This document shows positions 63,614-64,000 of a DNA stretch of 64,000 nt, one piece after another. The stretch lies in the IMG/VR virus record IMGVR_UViG_3300032135_000291, positions 10,916 through 74,915 of that record; one strand, 5' to 3'. This DNA comes from a virus (Duplodnaviria; Caudoviricetes). Positions within the stretch are counted from its first letter, which is position 1; each line of letters begins with the position of its first letter. The translations under genes and the position numbers were made by a program. The notes under the pieces are model-generated. The model saw only the letters and a program-made list of their open reading frames with translations. It was not told the origin of the DNA and searched no databases.

Positions 63614-64000
63614 GTGTGCAGTTGCCCCAACTCGTGTGTGTAAGTCGAAAGACTACCACACAATTGGTTGCCCGCCGTGCGGTCTCCCTGCGCCTGTGTT
63701 CCGTCTGCGATCCGGGCAGGGGCCGCTTCATTCGCCCTGAGCGCCACCCCCTGTGCACGCCCTTCCTGCGGCTGCATCAACTCTCGTTATCACCTCAAAT
63801 TTAGATCTGACATTTGCAGGAGTTTGTGCGGGAGTTGCATCAACTCTGCCCCTTTTCGTAGGGCCGCCCCCTCCACCCCATTACCTCTACCCTCTTCACC
63901 ATCTGTACTAGGGATACCTACGCCTATGGTCATGGTGATGCTCACTCCCATTGGGTTTGATTTCCGGCACGTTGTTCCGGGGTTCTCATCGATTCCAGCC

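Noticed and set aside
530-63780. Long antisense/alternative-frame ORFs (e.g. 530..1567, 22770..24317, 25040..26242, 49350..50924)
   Set aside because: Typical high-GC shadow frames opposite well-supported genes.
63780-64000. Pyrimidine-rich, lower-GC tail of the window as origin or regulatory region
   Set aside because: No iterons, DnaA boxes or ORF discernible in the ~200 nt available.

Overview
A GC-rich, actinobacterial-type window that reads as part of a very large extrachromosomal element (megaplasmid, jumbo phage or phage-plasmid) rather than ordinary chromosome. I found no rRNA, CRISPR array or recognisable virion gene. It contains (i) a conjugation/translocation-like cluster (VirD4/TraD-like ATPase, replication-relaxation protein, FtsK/TraB-like translocase); (ii) two tandem zinc-ribbon-array nucleases; (iii) its own replication and regulatory set (type IIA topoisomerase B+A, DnaC/IstB-like loader, DnaB, DnaG, RecA, SNF2 helicase, HolA-like protein, sigma factor, Lsr2, two WhiB-like proteins, DNA methyltransferase, Orn); and (iv) a co-oriented array of 36 tRNAs covering all 20 amino acids plus a tmRNA (39.2-47.7 kb), followed by an HNH gene. 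The main unexplained structure is a dispersed family of about 15 proteins with a short N-terminal Cys/His module and a variable payload (beta-solenoids, HEAT-like repeats, an AAA+ ATPase, a vWA-peptidase). Eight family members, one of them a truncated relic without the N-terminal module, end in a shared L-x-L-A-L-(Y/S/H)-P-x-x-type tail. Twelve sit directly behind the same promoter-like motif GGATAC(C/T)NT, mostly leaderless, while most replication/housekeeping units use a different motif, GTGTGGTAG. All calls are by eye; no database searches were run, and several start sites were corrected from the supplied ORF track.
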